Counted from the stretch's first letter, positions 36,735 through 51,027 are shown. The stretch: 64,000 bases of DNA from Octopus vulgaris (GCA_951406725.2 OX597824.1:11780001-11844000), one strand, 5' to 3'. The notes: a model not told the origin generated them from the sequence alone. Translations and numbers: made by a program.

Positions 36735-37516
36735 GTCCAAGCTGGAGCACCGGTTTCATAACCATAACTAGATCCTAGGTTGGCTCAATCAATGCCAGAC
36801 AACCCCCCCCACCACCACTACCACCACCACCACCACCACTACCACCACCACCACCACCACCACCATTACCTCCACCACCACCACCATTAATTCAACACCA
36901 CCACCACCACCACCATTACCTCCACCTCCACCACCACCACCACCACCACCACCATTACCTCCACCTCCACCACCACCACCACCACCACCACCACCACCAC
37001 CACCACCACCACCACCACCACCACCACCACCACCACCACCACCACCACCACCACCACCACCACCACCACCACCACCACCACCACCACCACCACCGCTACC
37101 ACTACCATTACCGACACCATTGTTACCGTCCCCATTACAACTTAGTTGCCCCCGAATTGTTTTTGTCCAAGCTGGAGCACCGCTTTCCTATTTCTTTACT
37201 ACCCACAAGGGGCTAAACACAGAGGGGACAAACAAGGACAGACAAACGGATTAAGTCGATTATATCGACCCCAGTGCTTAACTGGTACTTATTTAATCCA
37301 CCCCAGTGCTTAACATAGAAGGGACAAATTTATTGACCCCGAAAGGATGAAAGGCAAATAGATCCTAGGCTGACTCAATCAATACCGACAACCAACCACC
37401 ACCACCACCACCACCACTACCACCACCACCACCACCACCACCACCACCACCACCACCATTTCCACCACCACCGTTACCATCACCATTACAACTTAGCTGC
37501 CCCCGAATTGCTTTTG
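36735..37516 (+). repeat. Tandem duplication around (ACC)n; second unit has an S2 fragment
   Basis: gtccaagctggagcaccg..tagatcctagg..(ACC)n..cattacaacttag.tgcccccgaattg occurs twice (from 36735 and 37165). Confidence 0.8.
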
Positions 37517-37941
37517 ACGTAATATTTACCATCAAGAAAAGCAGGAAAGTATCCATTTGTATATCGAACGATTTACCGGTCACTCCTCCAGAGCTTTTAA
37601 GACACTTTATAAAGACGTCATAGGCACTGAAGTATATTGGAGTGGTCGGGATATTTCACGGCGGTTGGCTGAAGGTTGCGCAAGAGTTAATTCCCTTGAA
37701 TTCACGACCTTCACTGGGTAACAATTGTCGTCTTGACTTGATAAGCACCATGCTTTCGGTAGGTATTTTAGGTGAGTATGGAGTTGTGAACAGTTGTAAT
37801 TATAGACACCCGCTCGGCTCTCGTACCCTTATGAACCAGAAGAAAATTTAGGTTGTGGCAGCTGAAGGGAGGCCTGCAGCAGCACCCTGGCTGGTATGCA
37901 TTACAGCTTACAAAACAGCGAGATATATATATGTGTGTATA

Positions 37942-38133
37942 AGGCGGCGAGCTGGCAGAAACGTTAGCACGCCGGGCGAAATGCGAAGCCGTATTTCGTC
38001 TGCCGCTACGTTCTGAGTTCAAATTCCGCTAAGGTCGACTTTGCCTTTCATCCTTTCAGGGGTCGATTAAATAAGTAGCAGTTACGCACTGGGGACGATA
38101 TAATCGACTTAATCCGTTTGTCTGTCCTTGTTT
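37942..38133 (+). mobile_element. SINE S2, 3'-truncated
   Basis: Matches 3382-3570. Confidence 0.88.
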
Positions 38134-38276
38134 GTATAGGATGCTGATTGCTGGTGACGATGATGATGATGAGGAGGAGGAGGAGGAAGAAGAGGACGAG
38201 GGGGAAGGAGGAGGGGAAGAAGAAGAAGAAGAAGAAGAAGAATAGGAGGATAGAGTGGAGGAGCGGTGGGTGAGGA

Positions 38277-38552
38277 GGTTGTGAGTTCAAATCCCGGCCC
38301 GGGCTGCGTGTTGTGTTCTTGAGCAAGACACTTTATTTCACGTTGCTCCAGTTCACTCAGCTGTAGAAATGAGTTGTAACATCACAGGTGCCAAGCTGTA
38401 TCAGGTGTTACCTTTCCCTTGGATAACGCTGGAGGTGTGGAGAGGGGAGGCCGGTATGCATGGGTGACTGCCGGTCTTCCATAAACAACCTTGCCTCGGA
38501 GGGTAACTTTCTAGGTGCAATCCCATGGTCAGTCATGACCGAAGGGGGTCTC
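38277..38552 (+). mobile_element. S4-related SINE with a distinct tail, 5'-truncated
   Basis: B box gagttcaaatccc and gtgttcttgagcaagacactttatttcacgttgctccag. Confidence 0.7.
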
Positions 38553-38561
38553 AGCAGCTCA

Positions 38562-38657
<96 letters not shown>

Positions 38658-38659
<2 letters not shown>

Positions 38660-38891
38660 AAAAAAAGTCAAGATAGAAAATGCTAAAATAATTTTATAAA
38701 AAACATTTAGTACCGGTTTCAGTCATTGAGACTTTTTCAACTGTAACAATTAAATAATTAAAACTTTTCTTTTAATTTTTCTAAATTTAATTATTTAATT
38801 GTTACAGTTGAAAAAGTCTCAATAATTGAAACCGGTACTGAAATGTTTTTTATAAAATTATTTTAGCATTTTCCATCTTGACTTTTTTTCC
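38658..38891. mobile_element. Fold-back element in (TA)n with variant hammerhead core
   Basis: Inverted arms; CAG-TTGAAAA-AGTC-tcaat-GACT-GAAA-CCGG-TA. Confidence 0.75.
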
Positions 38892-38924
38892 ATATATATC
38901 AACTCGTGTGTTCCTTTTCATCCT

Positions 38925-39013
<89 letters not shown>

Positions 39014-39343
39014 ACAGACATTATATATATACGTATGTACACACACACACAGAAGTAAAAGAAGTTTACTTCCACATAATTAGGAATATAGGAAAATTGG
39101 TTTGGTATCCCAGAAGACAGAGACCCAGAACAGACACTTCATGACATCTCGCCGACGTTCCAACAATCCAGTAAATCCAATGCCTTGAACAGAGATTTTA
39201 TTTATCGAACCCGAATGAATAGAGAAATAAAGTAAAAACCTCGGCGGGATTTGAACTCAGAGCATTGAGATCCGGAATAAACACCGCAAGACAGTCTGAC
39301 ATTTCACCGTCTTCGTTGAAAGTTTAATAGTCACTCCTACCTT

Positions 39344-39650
39344 GGAAGCACTCCGTCGGTTACGACGACGAGGGTTCCGGTTGATCCGATGAACGGAACA
39401 GCCTGTTCGTGAAATTAACGTGTAAGTGGCCGGCCCTTTGAAATACAGGTACAACAGAAACAGGAAGTAAGAGTGAGAGAAAGTTGTGGTGAAAGAGTAC
39501 AGCAGGGATCACCACCATCCCTGCCGGAGTCTCGTGGGGCTATAGGTGTTTTCGCTTAATAAACACACACAACGCCCGGTCTGGGAATCGAAACCGCGAT
39601 CCTACGACCGCGAGTCCGCTGCCCTAACCACTGGGCCATTGCGCCTCCAC
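39344..39650 (-). mobile_element. SINE S3 with internal deletion
   Basis: TSD-like cactcctacctt on both sides. Confidence 0.9.
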
Positions 39651-39959
39651 TCCTACCTTACTATGACATACTTGAAAGCTGACGCCGGGAGCTGATCTTG
39701 TCTACGATTCATTGTCTTTGTGAGCACAATATTTATGATGTTATAAATCCACTTTGAATGGCAAGGTCAACAAAGTTCACGTTTACCGTTAATAATTGTT
39801 TGCGAGCAGAAGTACTTTGTAAATAAGGGACTTCATTCATTCACTGAGAAACATCATATTGCTAGGTAAAAATAAAGTAGAATTTAAGAACTTTCATATT
39901 GCTAATACTTCTTTTACTGACACGGTCGACATGACCGAATGTCTTAAGTGTTCTTTTTT

Positions 39960-40720
39960 TTCTACTCCAGGCACAAGGCCCGAAATTTTTGGAGAGGGGG
40001 GCCAGTCGATTAGATCAACTCCAGTACTCAACAGGTACTTAATTTATCGACCCCGAAAGGATGAAAGGCAAAGAACTCAGAACATAAAGACAGACGAAAT
40101 ACCTATTTCTTTATTACCCACAAGGAGCTAAACATAGAGGGGACAAACAAGGACAGACATAGGTGTTAAGTCGATTACATCGACCCCAGTGCGTAACTGG
40201 TACTTAATTTATCGACCCGAAAGGATGAAAGGCAAAGTCGACCTCGGCGGAATTTGAACTCACAACGTAACGGCAGCCGAAATACGCTAAGCATTTCGCC
40301 CGGCGTGCTAACGTTTCGTATTCCTTTATTGCCCACAAGGGGCTAAACATAGAAGGGACAAAGGGATTAAGTCGATTACATCGACCCCAGTGCGTAACTG
40401 GTACTTAATTTATCGACCCCGAAAGGATGAAAGGTAAAATCGACTTTGGCGGAATTTGAACTCAGAACATAAAGACAGACGAAATACCTATTTCTTTATT
40501 ACCCACAAGGGGCTAAACACAGAGAGGACAAACAAGGACAGACAAACTGATTAAGTCGATTATATCGACCCCAGTGCGTAACTGGTACTTATTTAATCGA
40601 CCCCGAAAGGATGAAAGGCAAAGTCGACCTCGGCGAAATTTGAACTCAGAACGTAACGGCAGACGAAATACGGCTACGCATTTCGCCCGGCGTGCTAACG
40701 ATTCTGCCAGCTCGCCGCCT
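39960..40720 (-). mobile_element. SINE S2 multimer (four units)
   Basis: Repeated tcgaccccgaaaggatgaaagg. Confidence 0.9.
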
Positions 40721-40769
40721 TCGAATGTGTTAAGTATTACAATATCAGAAGACAAATCGTTAAGTTTTA

Positions 40770-40915
40770 CAGACATGACATTTATTACAGAAAAATGGAG
40801 ACGCATTGTGCAACAAAATGGTTCATATTTGGTTGATTAAAAATGTAACGGCAAGTATGTATTGACCGTTTTCTTTCCTTTAAAAAGCGGCACGAACTTT
40901 CCGGACAACCCAATA
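40770..40915 (+). mobile_element. mariner 3' end with TIR
   Basis: EKWRRIVQQNGSYLVD* then cggcacgaactttccggacaacccaata-TA. Confidence 0.8.
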
Positions 40916-41249
40916 TAAACAGTTTATCGCCGATAAATTTTAAGAACAAAATCTTATATGGACCTTCAAGGGTTATTATGGACCTTGGTTGCGAACCACG
41001 GCTTTATATGAAAAAATTGCCATGTTTAGATAAAAATGATTTATTACGTAAATAGAAATATGTTCCTTTTAAAGCTTAGGAGTTTCTAAAAATGTGTGCT
41101 TAGCTGTTGTTTTATATGAAATGGATGAGATAAAGGGAAAAAATATAGGAAGTTTTATTTCAAAGAAACTCTTCGCTTGTTTGCCGTTTACGACTTTCAG
41201 ACACTCCACATTCCACTAGTGAATGATTTTTATACATATGAAGTAGGTT

Positions 41250-41824
<575 letters not shown>

Positions 41825-42556
41825 GAGTACACGTCTCTTTTATAATCGTTGTAGAAACCAGTCAGCAAACAAACAATGACCTACTGCAAGAAGTCATTTT
41901 AATACCTCTCCTAGGGTTACTGTAAAAAAGCATTAAGTACCACCAAGCTTAGTCATAATGTTTCGTTCGCCAACAAATCTACAATTTCGTACAGTTTCTC
42001 GGTGATTTTTCTGACATTAATTTGACAAGCAACATAGAGGCTATACTTCGCTGATGAGCTCATAATATGTTTGTAACATGCCTGGTGTTGTCTTTAAAAC
42101 AGGAAAATAATATTTCATTTACGTATTTGGTTTGCAAGATGTGAATTTGTATGCCGAAATACATTTTGTTGTATCTAGAAAAGTTCATTATTCTAATAAT
42201 ATACACCCGCACTGTATCTATTTCACTTGTTTATTTCTATAAGTTAATTGATTAACATACCCTCTCTATTTCAAGTCTGAGAATGGCGAACTTGACAAAT
42301 CTGATTGACTGACTGATTGACTGATAGATTAATGAAACAATCGATTAGTTAATTGGATAAATGGTTAGCCAATCGACTAATAAAGAAGTGAAACAGAACC
42401 AGTGCGTGTGTTCATCATTGGCATAATGACCCTCTCAAGATATAAGAAAATGATATTAGTCACAGACGAAAACCGCTTTTGTCCCTCACTACATGTATTT
42501 CTAGTTAGCTGTTTAACATCCTATTTTGTTAATAATTCTACGTATTTGTTCAGCCG

Positions 42557-42647
<91 letters not shown>

Positions 42648-43026
42648 CAATTATTCAATTATTCTCCCTTGATATCGTTACTCCTAGCAAAGGCTTGGAG
42701 GCTTAAAACGGAAATTTAAGCCGGAAAATAAAAAAAGTTTTCGACTAGTCGGCTGAATGTAAAGGAAGATATTAAATCCCTTTATAACAATGGCGACCGA
42801 TCTGCAGCTCACGAGCTGCACGAAGCGCTCGAAGCTATTATGTGCGAATCTTGAAATTATACTGGATTTCAATGGTAATTTTTCCTAAAGCAGGTTTAAC
42901 AACCTCTCAGCAGGATTTTAAAGCATTAATTATAACAATGGGCGGCTGAGTAAAAGCCTTCAACAAGCAGAGATTAATCGATCAACTTTAGCTGGTAAAA
43001 CCAATATGGCTGCGTATATTTTCTTA

Positions 43027-44156
43027 CTAGCTAAAAAGCCACCATTATCGGGCGGCTTTTAAGCTAGTATATAGCCATTTCTTTACTACCCACAAGGGGC
43101 TAAACACAGAGGGGACAAACAAGGACAGACAAACGGATTAAGTCGATTACATCGACCCCAGTGCGTAACTGGTACTTAATTTATCGACCCCGAAAGGATG
43201 AAAGGCAAAGTCGACCTCGGCGGAATTTGAACTCAGAACGTAGCGGCAGACGAAATAACTATTTCTTTACTACCCACAAGGGACTAAACACAGAGAGAAC
43301 AAACAAGGACAGACAAACGGATTAAGTCGATTACAACGACCCCAGTGCGTAACTGGTACTTAATTAATCGACCCCGAAAGGATGAAAGGCAAAGTCGACT
43401 TCGGCGGAATTTGAACTCAGAACGTAGCGGCAGACGAAATACCTATTTCTTTACTACCCACAAGGGACTAAACGCAGAGAGGACAAACAAGGACAGCCAA
43501 ACGGATTAAGTCGATTACATCGACCCCAGTGCGTAACTGGTACTTAATTTATCGACCCCGAAAGGATGAAAGGCAAAGTCGACTTCGGCGGAATTTAAAC
43601 TCAGAACGTAACGGCAGACGAAATACGGCTACGCATTTCGGCCGGCGTGCTAACGTTTCTGCCAGCTCGCCGCCTTCCTTTTAAGCTAGTATATAGCTTT
43701 TAAGCTACTGACCCCGAATGGGAAGATCTGCATACATGTTTCTGACTTGTTTTGGAGTATTTGTTACAATTGCTTCCACCAGAGTCATATCCCAATGATG
43801 ATCATATTCATCGCAAAAGATCCCATAAAAAAATCGCCGAAAATAATCGCTAGATTTCGCAATTAATTTCGGTTGTTCCCAAAATTTATTTCTAAGTCAT
43901 AAAATTTGTTGTACAAAAAAATTCATCGCAAAAAAAATCACGTAAAAAAATCACCATAAACAATTTCAGTAATGAAAACTTGAGAACCCAAAATTTCTGA
44001 ATTGCGGGTCCGGAATCGGCCTGGAATGTTTCTAATTTACTCATGGAGTCGGCCTGATTCTAGAATGGTATAATATGTTGGGCTACGGCCTCTCGGAGTA
44101 AAGTTGTAAAAATTGTGACACACTGACACACTGACATTCGCATTTATTATATTAGA
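43027..44156 (-). mobile_element. Non-autonomous Helitron interrupted by an S2 trimer
   Basis: Minus strand a|TCtaatataataaatgcgaatgtcagtgtgtcag ... hairpin aagccgcc/ggtggctt then CTAG|t. Confidence 0.7.
43076..43677 (-). mobile_element. SINE S2 trimer within one 20-bp TSD
   Basis: cttttaagctagtatatagc at 43056-43075 and 43678-43697. Confidence 0.93.
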
Positions 44157-44164
44157 TTTTATCT

Positions 44165-44548
44165 TTTATTTTTCACCTGTCTCAGTTATTGGACTGCAGC
44201 CATGCTGGAGCACCGCCTTAAGAGTTTTTAGTGGAACAGACTGATCCCTCGGTATTTATTTTTGTAAAGTCTGGCACAATTCTAGCAGTTCTCTTTTGTC
44301 GAGCTGCTAAGTTACGGACACATAAACAAACCAACACCAGTTGCCAAGCGATGAAGCTTAGGCAAATACAAAGAGGCACATACGATAGGCTTCTACTCAG
44401 TTTTCTTTTGCCAAATTCATTAACGAGGCATTGGTCAGCTCGAGGCTGCAGTAAAAGATATTTACCCAAGGTGTCGTGAGCAAGGCTCAACCCGAAACCT
44501 CGTGGTGGCAAAGGGAGCTTCTACGCCACACAGCCACGCCTGCGCCCA
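44165..44548 (-). mobile_element. SINE S1, older subfamily
   Basis: Diverged full-length match. Confidence 0.75.
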
Positions 44549-44570
44549 TAGAATATAATTTTAAAAAACA

Positions 44571-44964
44571 CTAGCAGTATCGCCCGGCGTTGCTCGGGTT
44601 TGTTTCGACCCTTTAGAATTGGAATTTTTGAAAAGTAAAGATTTTGCATTATGTAGCTTGTTATTCTCGTTAAGTGAACATTTTTCTGGTTGAAATACAC
44701 CGAAAAATGGCGACACAGCAGTCAAAAAATCGTAAAAAATAAGGATTTTCATAGAAAAAAAGCACCTTTTTGATGTAAATAATTTTTGGTATTAGCATAG
44801 TCCGATTTGAATTTTATCTTCTATGGAATGAAGAGTAAGCCTTCTTCTATCTTACTCTCAATTTTGGTCAACTTGTGCCGCAGGGTCTTGGAAGAGATAG
44901 TGTTAGTTGAAGGCTACCAAACCTACCATACACAGACAACTTCAGCTTTATATATAGAGAGAGA
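44571..44964 (-). mobile_element. Non-autonomous Helitron, sister of 11767-12113
   Basis: Same termini and body. Confidence 0.85.
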
Positions 44965-45826
44965 TATGTAGTGGCCTTTGAATATGAAAATATCATAAGC
45001 TGCTCTTATCAAAACTCTGGACACTTCTACTAAATAACTTTTATTGATAATGAATTCCTGACAAAGGCACAAGGCCATAAATCGATTAAATCGATCCCAG
45101 TACTTGATTGCTACATTATTTCATTTTACCGGTACCGATAAGAAGAAAGGTAGACTGTGGGGTTTGAACTAATAACATGAGGAACCGAAATAGAAAAAAA
45201 TTATCGCAAAAAATTTTACGTTTGCGGGTCGCTCTAACAATTATCCTAACCTAGTACAGCATATAAATTTATAGACAATATCTGCTTTTCTGATTCTGAA
45301 ATCTCAATGATTCTAAGGGGAACAACTTATACAATTATATCTTTCAAAGCATTCAAATCAATTTAAAGAAATAGGATATCTAAAGAATTCTGTAATCTTG
45401 TATCATAATTCTATTAGAAAAAAAATAAAAGCACACAAGAAATAGTCAAATCACGAAATTAAAGCAAGAGTGTAATGAAATATTAATTTACTTTCCAGTT
45501 TTTTTTGTTTGGTTGATAAAAGCCTGGAAAGAATTATTAAAATTTTATGTTTGAAGTCTTTCCACTATTGTAGTAGTTATGTCCCTTGCAATGGTTATTA
45601 CATTCGTGAGACGGGTGTAATAGTGGACTTTCGGAATAGCTATCATGACGTCATGGAGAAAAGTCCCAGTAAAAATTTACCGGAAAAGACACGGAATTGG
45701 AGAGGAATGTTAAAAGATTAAATGTTTTGGGCAAAAAAAAAAAAAAGAAAGAAAAATCTTTCACAAAAGGAAGCAATTGCTCATTTCTTTGCTTTCCCTC
45801 TTCTCCATGAGGTAGCGATAACTACA

Positions 45827-46619
45827 CCTATTTCTTAACTACCCACAAGGGGCTAAATAAACACACAGAGGACAAACAAGGACAGACAAAGGGATTAAGT
45901 CGATTATATCCACTTCAGTGCGTAACTGGTACTTATTTAATCGACCCCGAAAGGATGAAAGGCAAAGTCCACTTCGGCGGAATTTGAACTCAGAACGTAG
46001 CGGCAGACGGAATACCTATTTCTTTACTACCCACAAGGGGCTAAACACAGAAGGGACAAACAAGGACAGACAGACGGATTAAGTCGATTATATCGACTTC
46101 AGTGCGTAACTGGTACTTATTTAATCGACCCCGAAAGGATGAAAAGGCAAAGTCGACCTCGGCGGAATTTGAACTCAGAACGTAACAGCAGACGAAATAC
46201 CTATTTCTTTACTACCCACAAGGGGGCTAAACACAGAAGGGACAAACAAGGACAGACAGACGGATTAAGTCGATTATATCGACTTCAGTGCGTAACTGGT
46301 ACTTATTTAATCGACCCTGAAAGAATGAAAGGCAAAGTCGACCTCAGCGGAATTTGAACTCAGAATGGAACAGCAGACGAAATACCTATTTCTTTACTAC
46401 CCACAAGGGGCTAAACACAGAAGGGACAAACAAGGACAGACAAAGGGATTAAGTCGATTATATCCACTTCAGTGCGTAACTGGTACTTATTTAATCGACC
46501 CCGAAAGGATGAAAAGGCAAAGTCGACCTCGGCGGAATTTGAACTCAGAACGTAACAGCAGGCGAAATACGGCTACGCATTTCGCCCGGCGCGCTAACGT
46601 TTCTGCCAGCTTGTCGCCT
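45827..46619 (-). mobile_element. SINE S2 tetramer
   Basis: Four ~180-bp units, one full head; near-TSD ataacta(c/t)acc. Confidence 0.92.
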
Positions 46620-46687
46620 ATAACTATACCGAAAGTCCAACGATCAACTGTTAAATCTATTTCACGTATGTAATATTTTAGTTACAC

Positions 46688-47090
46688 TTTACTCTTTTAC
46701 TTGTTTCAGTCATTTGACTGCGGCCATGCTGGAGCATCCCCTTTAGTCGAGCAACTCGACCCCGTGACTTATTCTTTGTAAGCCCAGTACTTATTCTATC
46801 GGTTTCTTTTGCCGAACCGCTAAGTGACGGGGATACAAACACACCAGCATCGGTTGTCAAGCAATGCTAGGGGGACAAACACAGACACACAAACATACAC
46901 GCACACACATATATATATATATACATATATACGACGGGCTTCTTTCAGTTTCCGTCTACCAAATCCACTCACAAGGCTTTGGTCGGCCCGAGGCTATAGT
47001 AGAAAGCACTAGCCCAAGGTGCCACGCAGTGCAGTGGGACTGAACCCGGAACCATATGGTTCGTAAGCAAGCTGCTTACCACACAGCCAC
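46688..47090 (-). mobile_element. SINE S1
   Basis: Matches S1. Confidence 0.9.
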
Positions 47091-47104
47091 ATATATATAC
47101 ATAC

Positions 47105-47140
<36 letters not shown>

Positions 47141-47482
47141 GGGGGGGGGATATGAGGGGTTTAGTTTACTGGTGATCTAAACGAATAGGTACGGTGTGTA
47201 AATGCTATAATTGGTCACAAGTTCACAGCTGACGCTGGCGCTAGGGATCCGTAGTAGGTATGTACTAGAGGGAAAAGAACAAGAAAAACCAAGTCAGGAC
47301 GAGTATCTTAAGTCATTTAGAATACTTAACTAGAGTAAGGTGAATTTGAAGTAATTAATTGATTAGTTAATTTAATTCTAATTAAATATTCTAAACGGCT
47401 TGAGATACTCGTCGTACCATGGTTTTTGTTGTCCTTTTCTCTCTAATATATATGTATATGTGTGTGTGAGTGTGTGTATGTG

Positions 47483-47521
<39 letters not shown>

Positions 47522-47549
47522 TGTGTGTGTGGTGTGTGTGTGTGTGTAT

Positions 47550-47747
47550 AAGGCGAATAAGAAACTCATATACTGTTTATACGTAAACAATCAAGTCACC
47601 CTTCTGTAATAGTTAAATCCTGATAGCTAACATTTGTAACAGAGTGTCTGAACTCTCTTCTAAAGAAATTTTCGAGAAAGCTGCCCCCTATTATGACAAT
47701 GCCTTAGCCAATAGTGGCTTCAAAGACAAATTAATATATAATCCCTC

Positions 47748-47750
<3 letters not shown>
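47550..47750 (+). pseudogene. PLE RT thumb-domain fragment (second PLE family)
   Basis: SHPSVIVK..NRVSELSSKEIFEKAAPYYDNALANSGFKDKLIYNP. Confidence 0.7.
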
Positions 47751-47812
<62 letters not shown>

Positions 47813-48284
47813 GTGAAAACAACATCCATCCATGAATTTATTTATTTATTAATTTTTAAATACATATTTTATCTGTGAATTTGCGTGTGTAATCTGGGAA
47901 TGCATACAATGAGCTTCTCTGCCCTAGGTGTATGGAAAACACCCGGCGAGAAACGGAATAAAATTTGAAGAAAGAAGGAAAAAACATAATAATAATAATA
48001 ATAACCTTAACATCTGTTTCAGAAAATCAATGATTGGTGCTATAAATACGTATATCATGTAATGAGGTCCCATAATATTGTAGGTGTAGGGACTAACACG
48101 AATTTTTAGTGAGCCGTATTGCAAAATCATGTTATTCTCATCAGAAAACTCTGGAAAATAGCTTAGTAGAGAGCAGTGTTCATAAATAAATAAATAAATA
48201 AATAAATACGTATCTACGTACATATATACATAAATATATGCATACACACACATACATACATACATACATACATACATACATACA

Positions 48285-48315
<31 letters not shown>

Positions 48316-48509
48316 CTACATACATACATACATACATACATACATACATACATACATACATACATACATACATACATACATACAGTGGATGTACGCATGC
48401 ATGCATACATGAATCCACTTTATATATTCGAATTTTTCCTAGAAAGAAGAATTCTTATAAATAGGAGGAAGGAACTGGATTCTAACATTGAAACAAAACT
48501 CCATCGCTT

Positions 48510-48960
48510 GAATTTCAATCTGAGACCGCATTCGCGTCCTTAAAATTCGTTACATGGAAGCTGTTCAGAGACGTGCAACCGGACTAATACCCTTCGTCAG
48601 TCGCCTATCACATCTTCAACGTCTGGCTCCTCTGGACAATTGACTCACTACACTTTTGACACTGAGCGCTTAATTTGTTAGAAGCACACAAAATTATCCA
48701 CCATCTTTCCAATGACAGCTTTGAACCCCTTTTTTTAAAAAACTCTATAGCTCTACCATCGGCGAACATGCTTATTAAATCGAGAAATAGCGCAGCACTA
48801 ATGACTTTCCGAAACTTCTTTTTTTTTTTCTTCCTTCACGCTCAGAATTGTCGACGCCTGGAATAAACATGTGTCTGCTGATAAATATTAGGACACTGCA
48901 TCCTTGAAAAGTCCTATACTTCCCGAATTTCGCCAGCACTACTTCTAACGTGCCTATGCG
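48510..48960 (+). pseudogene. CR1/L2-type LINE ORF2 3' remnant
   Basis: MEAVQRRATGLIP..LLEAHKII..FRNFF..LRIVDAWNK. Confidence 0.75.
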
Positions 48961-49144
48961 CCCTTTCCTCTTTGTGGCTCTTTTACCATTGCATTTTTGA
49001 AAAATTTGTTGTGTACTGTGCTTGCACGTTTGACTGTCATTGCTGTCATGTTTTCTTACTTCACTTATTGCTGCCTTCTGTCCCAACTTTAACCTTTTTC
49101 TGACGAGTTGCAGTACATCAAGCATTGCATACAAGAAGCCCAGT

Positions 49145-49422
49145 GAAAGCGCGTGGTTTAGTGGTTAGGGTATTCGGCTCACGAGCGTAAAGGTCGTAAG
49201 TTCAATTCCCGGCGATGCACTGTGTCCTTGAGCAAGACATTTTATTTCACGTTGCTCCAGTCCACTCAACTGGCAAAAATGAGTAATACATGAATTTGGA
49301 ACTACGTTAAGGGTACACGTGTCTGTGGAGTGCTCAGCCACTTGCACGTTAAATTCACGAGCAAGCTGTTCCGATGATCGTATCAGCTGGGACCCTCGTC
49401 GTCTTAACCGACGGAGTGCTCC
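49145..49422 (+). mobile_element. SINE S4
   Basis: S4 head plus S3-like tail, internally deleted. Confidence 0.8.
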
Positions 49423-50154
49423 TTTTTCTTACAAGAAGCTCATAATAATGGTTTCAAATTTTGGCAAAAGGCCAGCAGTTTCAGGGAAGGAGACGAGTCG
49501 ATTACAATTGATCCCAGTATTCAACTGGTACTAATTTTATTAACACAGGAAGGATGAAAGTCAAAATCGACCTCGGTGGAATTTTAACTCAGAATCTTAA
49601 GCCAGACGAAATGCCAGTGCGGTTACGATTCCTCTAGCTTGCCGCCTTAACAAGAAGTTCATAATATTATACAAATATGTATGCATAAACACAATATATT
49701 TTTAATATAACGCATATATTAAATCATATATTAATATATTATTTATGTGGAAGATTTAACATATTTAATGGCTTATATGACGCACTATTTTTCGGGGAGA
49801 AAAAAATGCCTGAAAAATCACTAGGGTCCTTTATGCGAAGTTGGGCTTCCCAAAAGCTTTGATGCACTAAAACCGCTTTTTCTCGAAATATGCATTGCTG
49901 AAATCGGGGTGCGTCTAATAAGTCGGTGTGTAATTTTATGACACCGAATACGGTAATAAAATAAAAAGAAAGTACGGAGTTCTTTATAAGGAAAACCTTA
50001 ACCCTAATCCGCACGGCCATAGTTGAGGCATGGTTATGCGGTTAACAAGCTCGCTTTGCAACCATAGGGAAATGTCTCGTGAGCGTATATCTAGTAGACA
50101 GAAACTGTGTGGAAGCTCAGTGTGTGTGTGTGTATCTAGTGGACGGAAACTGTA

Positions 50155-50563
50155 AGCTGGCAGATTTGTTAGCACGCCGGGTGAAATGCTTAGCGGTATT
50201 TCGTCTATCGCTACGTTCTGAGTTCAAATTCTGCCGAGGTCGACTTTGCCTTTCATCCTTTCGGAATCGATTAAATAAGTACCAGTTACGCACTGGGGTC
50301 GATATACTCGACTTAATCTGTTTATCTGTCCTTGTTTGTCCCCTCTGTGTTTAGCCCCTTGTGGGTAATAAAGAAATAGGTATTTCGTCTATCGCTACGT
50401 TGTGAGTTCAAATTCCGCCGAGGTCGACTTTGCCTTTCATCCTTTCGTATTCGATTAAATAAGTACCAGTTACGCACTGGGGTCGATGTAATCGACTTAA
50501 TCTGTTTGTCTGTCCTTGTTTCTCCCCTCTGTGTATAGCCCCTTGTGGGCAGTAAAGAAATAG
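50155..50563 (+). mobile_element. SINE S2 dimer
   Basis: Junction aaagaaataggtatttcgtc. Confidence 0.9.
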
Positions 50564-50735
50564 GAAACTGTAGAAACTCGTGTGTTCGTGTGTGCGTATG
50601 TGTATGTGTATTTATGTGTGTGTGTGTGTGTGTGTGTGTGTAGTTGATGGAAACTGTAGAAATTCGTGCGTGTGTGTAGTAGACGGGAACTGTGGAAACT
50701 CATGTGTGCGCACGTGTGTGTATGCGTTGTGTGTG

Positions 50736-50798
<63 letters not shown>

Positions 50799-51027
50799 GA
50801 TGCGTTGCATAGTGCCGAGAGTAAGATCATGGTTTCGATTCCCAGACCCGCGATGCGTTGTGTCCAATCCACTCAACTGCAACTTAATCTTCAGCGACGG
50901 AAGCAATAATGCCGCACTATTAAAAGAAATTCAAAGTAATTTTTCACAAGCCTTGCCATTCTAAAAAGTACCGCAAGCCGCAGTTTTCCTGACTGAGCTA
51001 AATAATTAATAGGTTTATTGGTTTTAC

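Noticed and set aside
37520-37920. Non-repetitive island with a ~75-codon minus-strand frame
   Set aside because: No recognisable domain and only a weak acceptor; cannot be supported as an exon
43076-46619. CRISPR-like or satellite interpretation of the ~180-bp tandem units
   Set aside because: Units are whole SINE bodies with no unique spacers, in eukaryotic DNA with no cas genes
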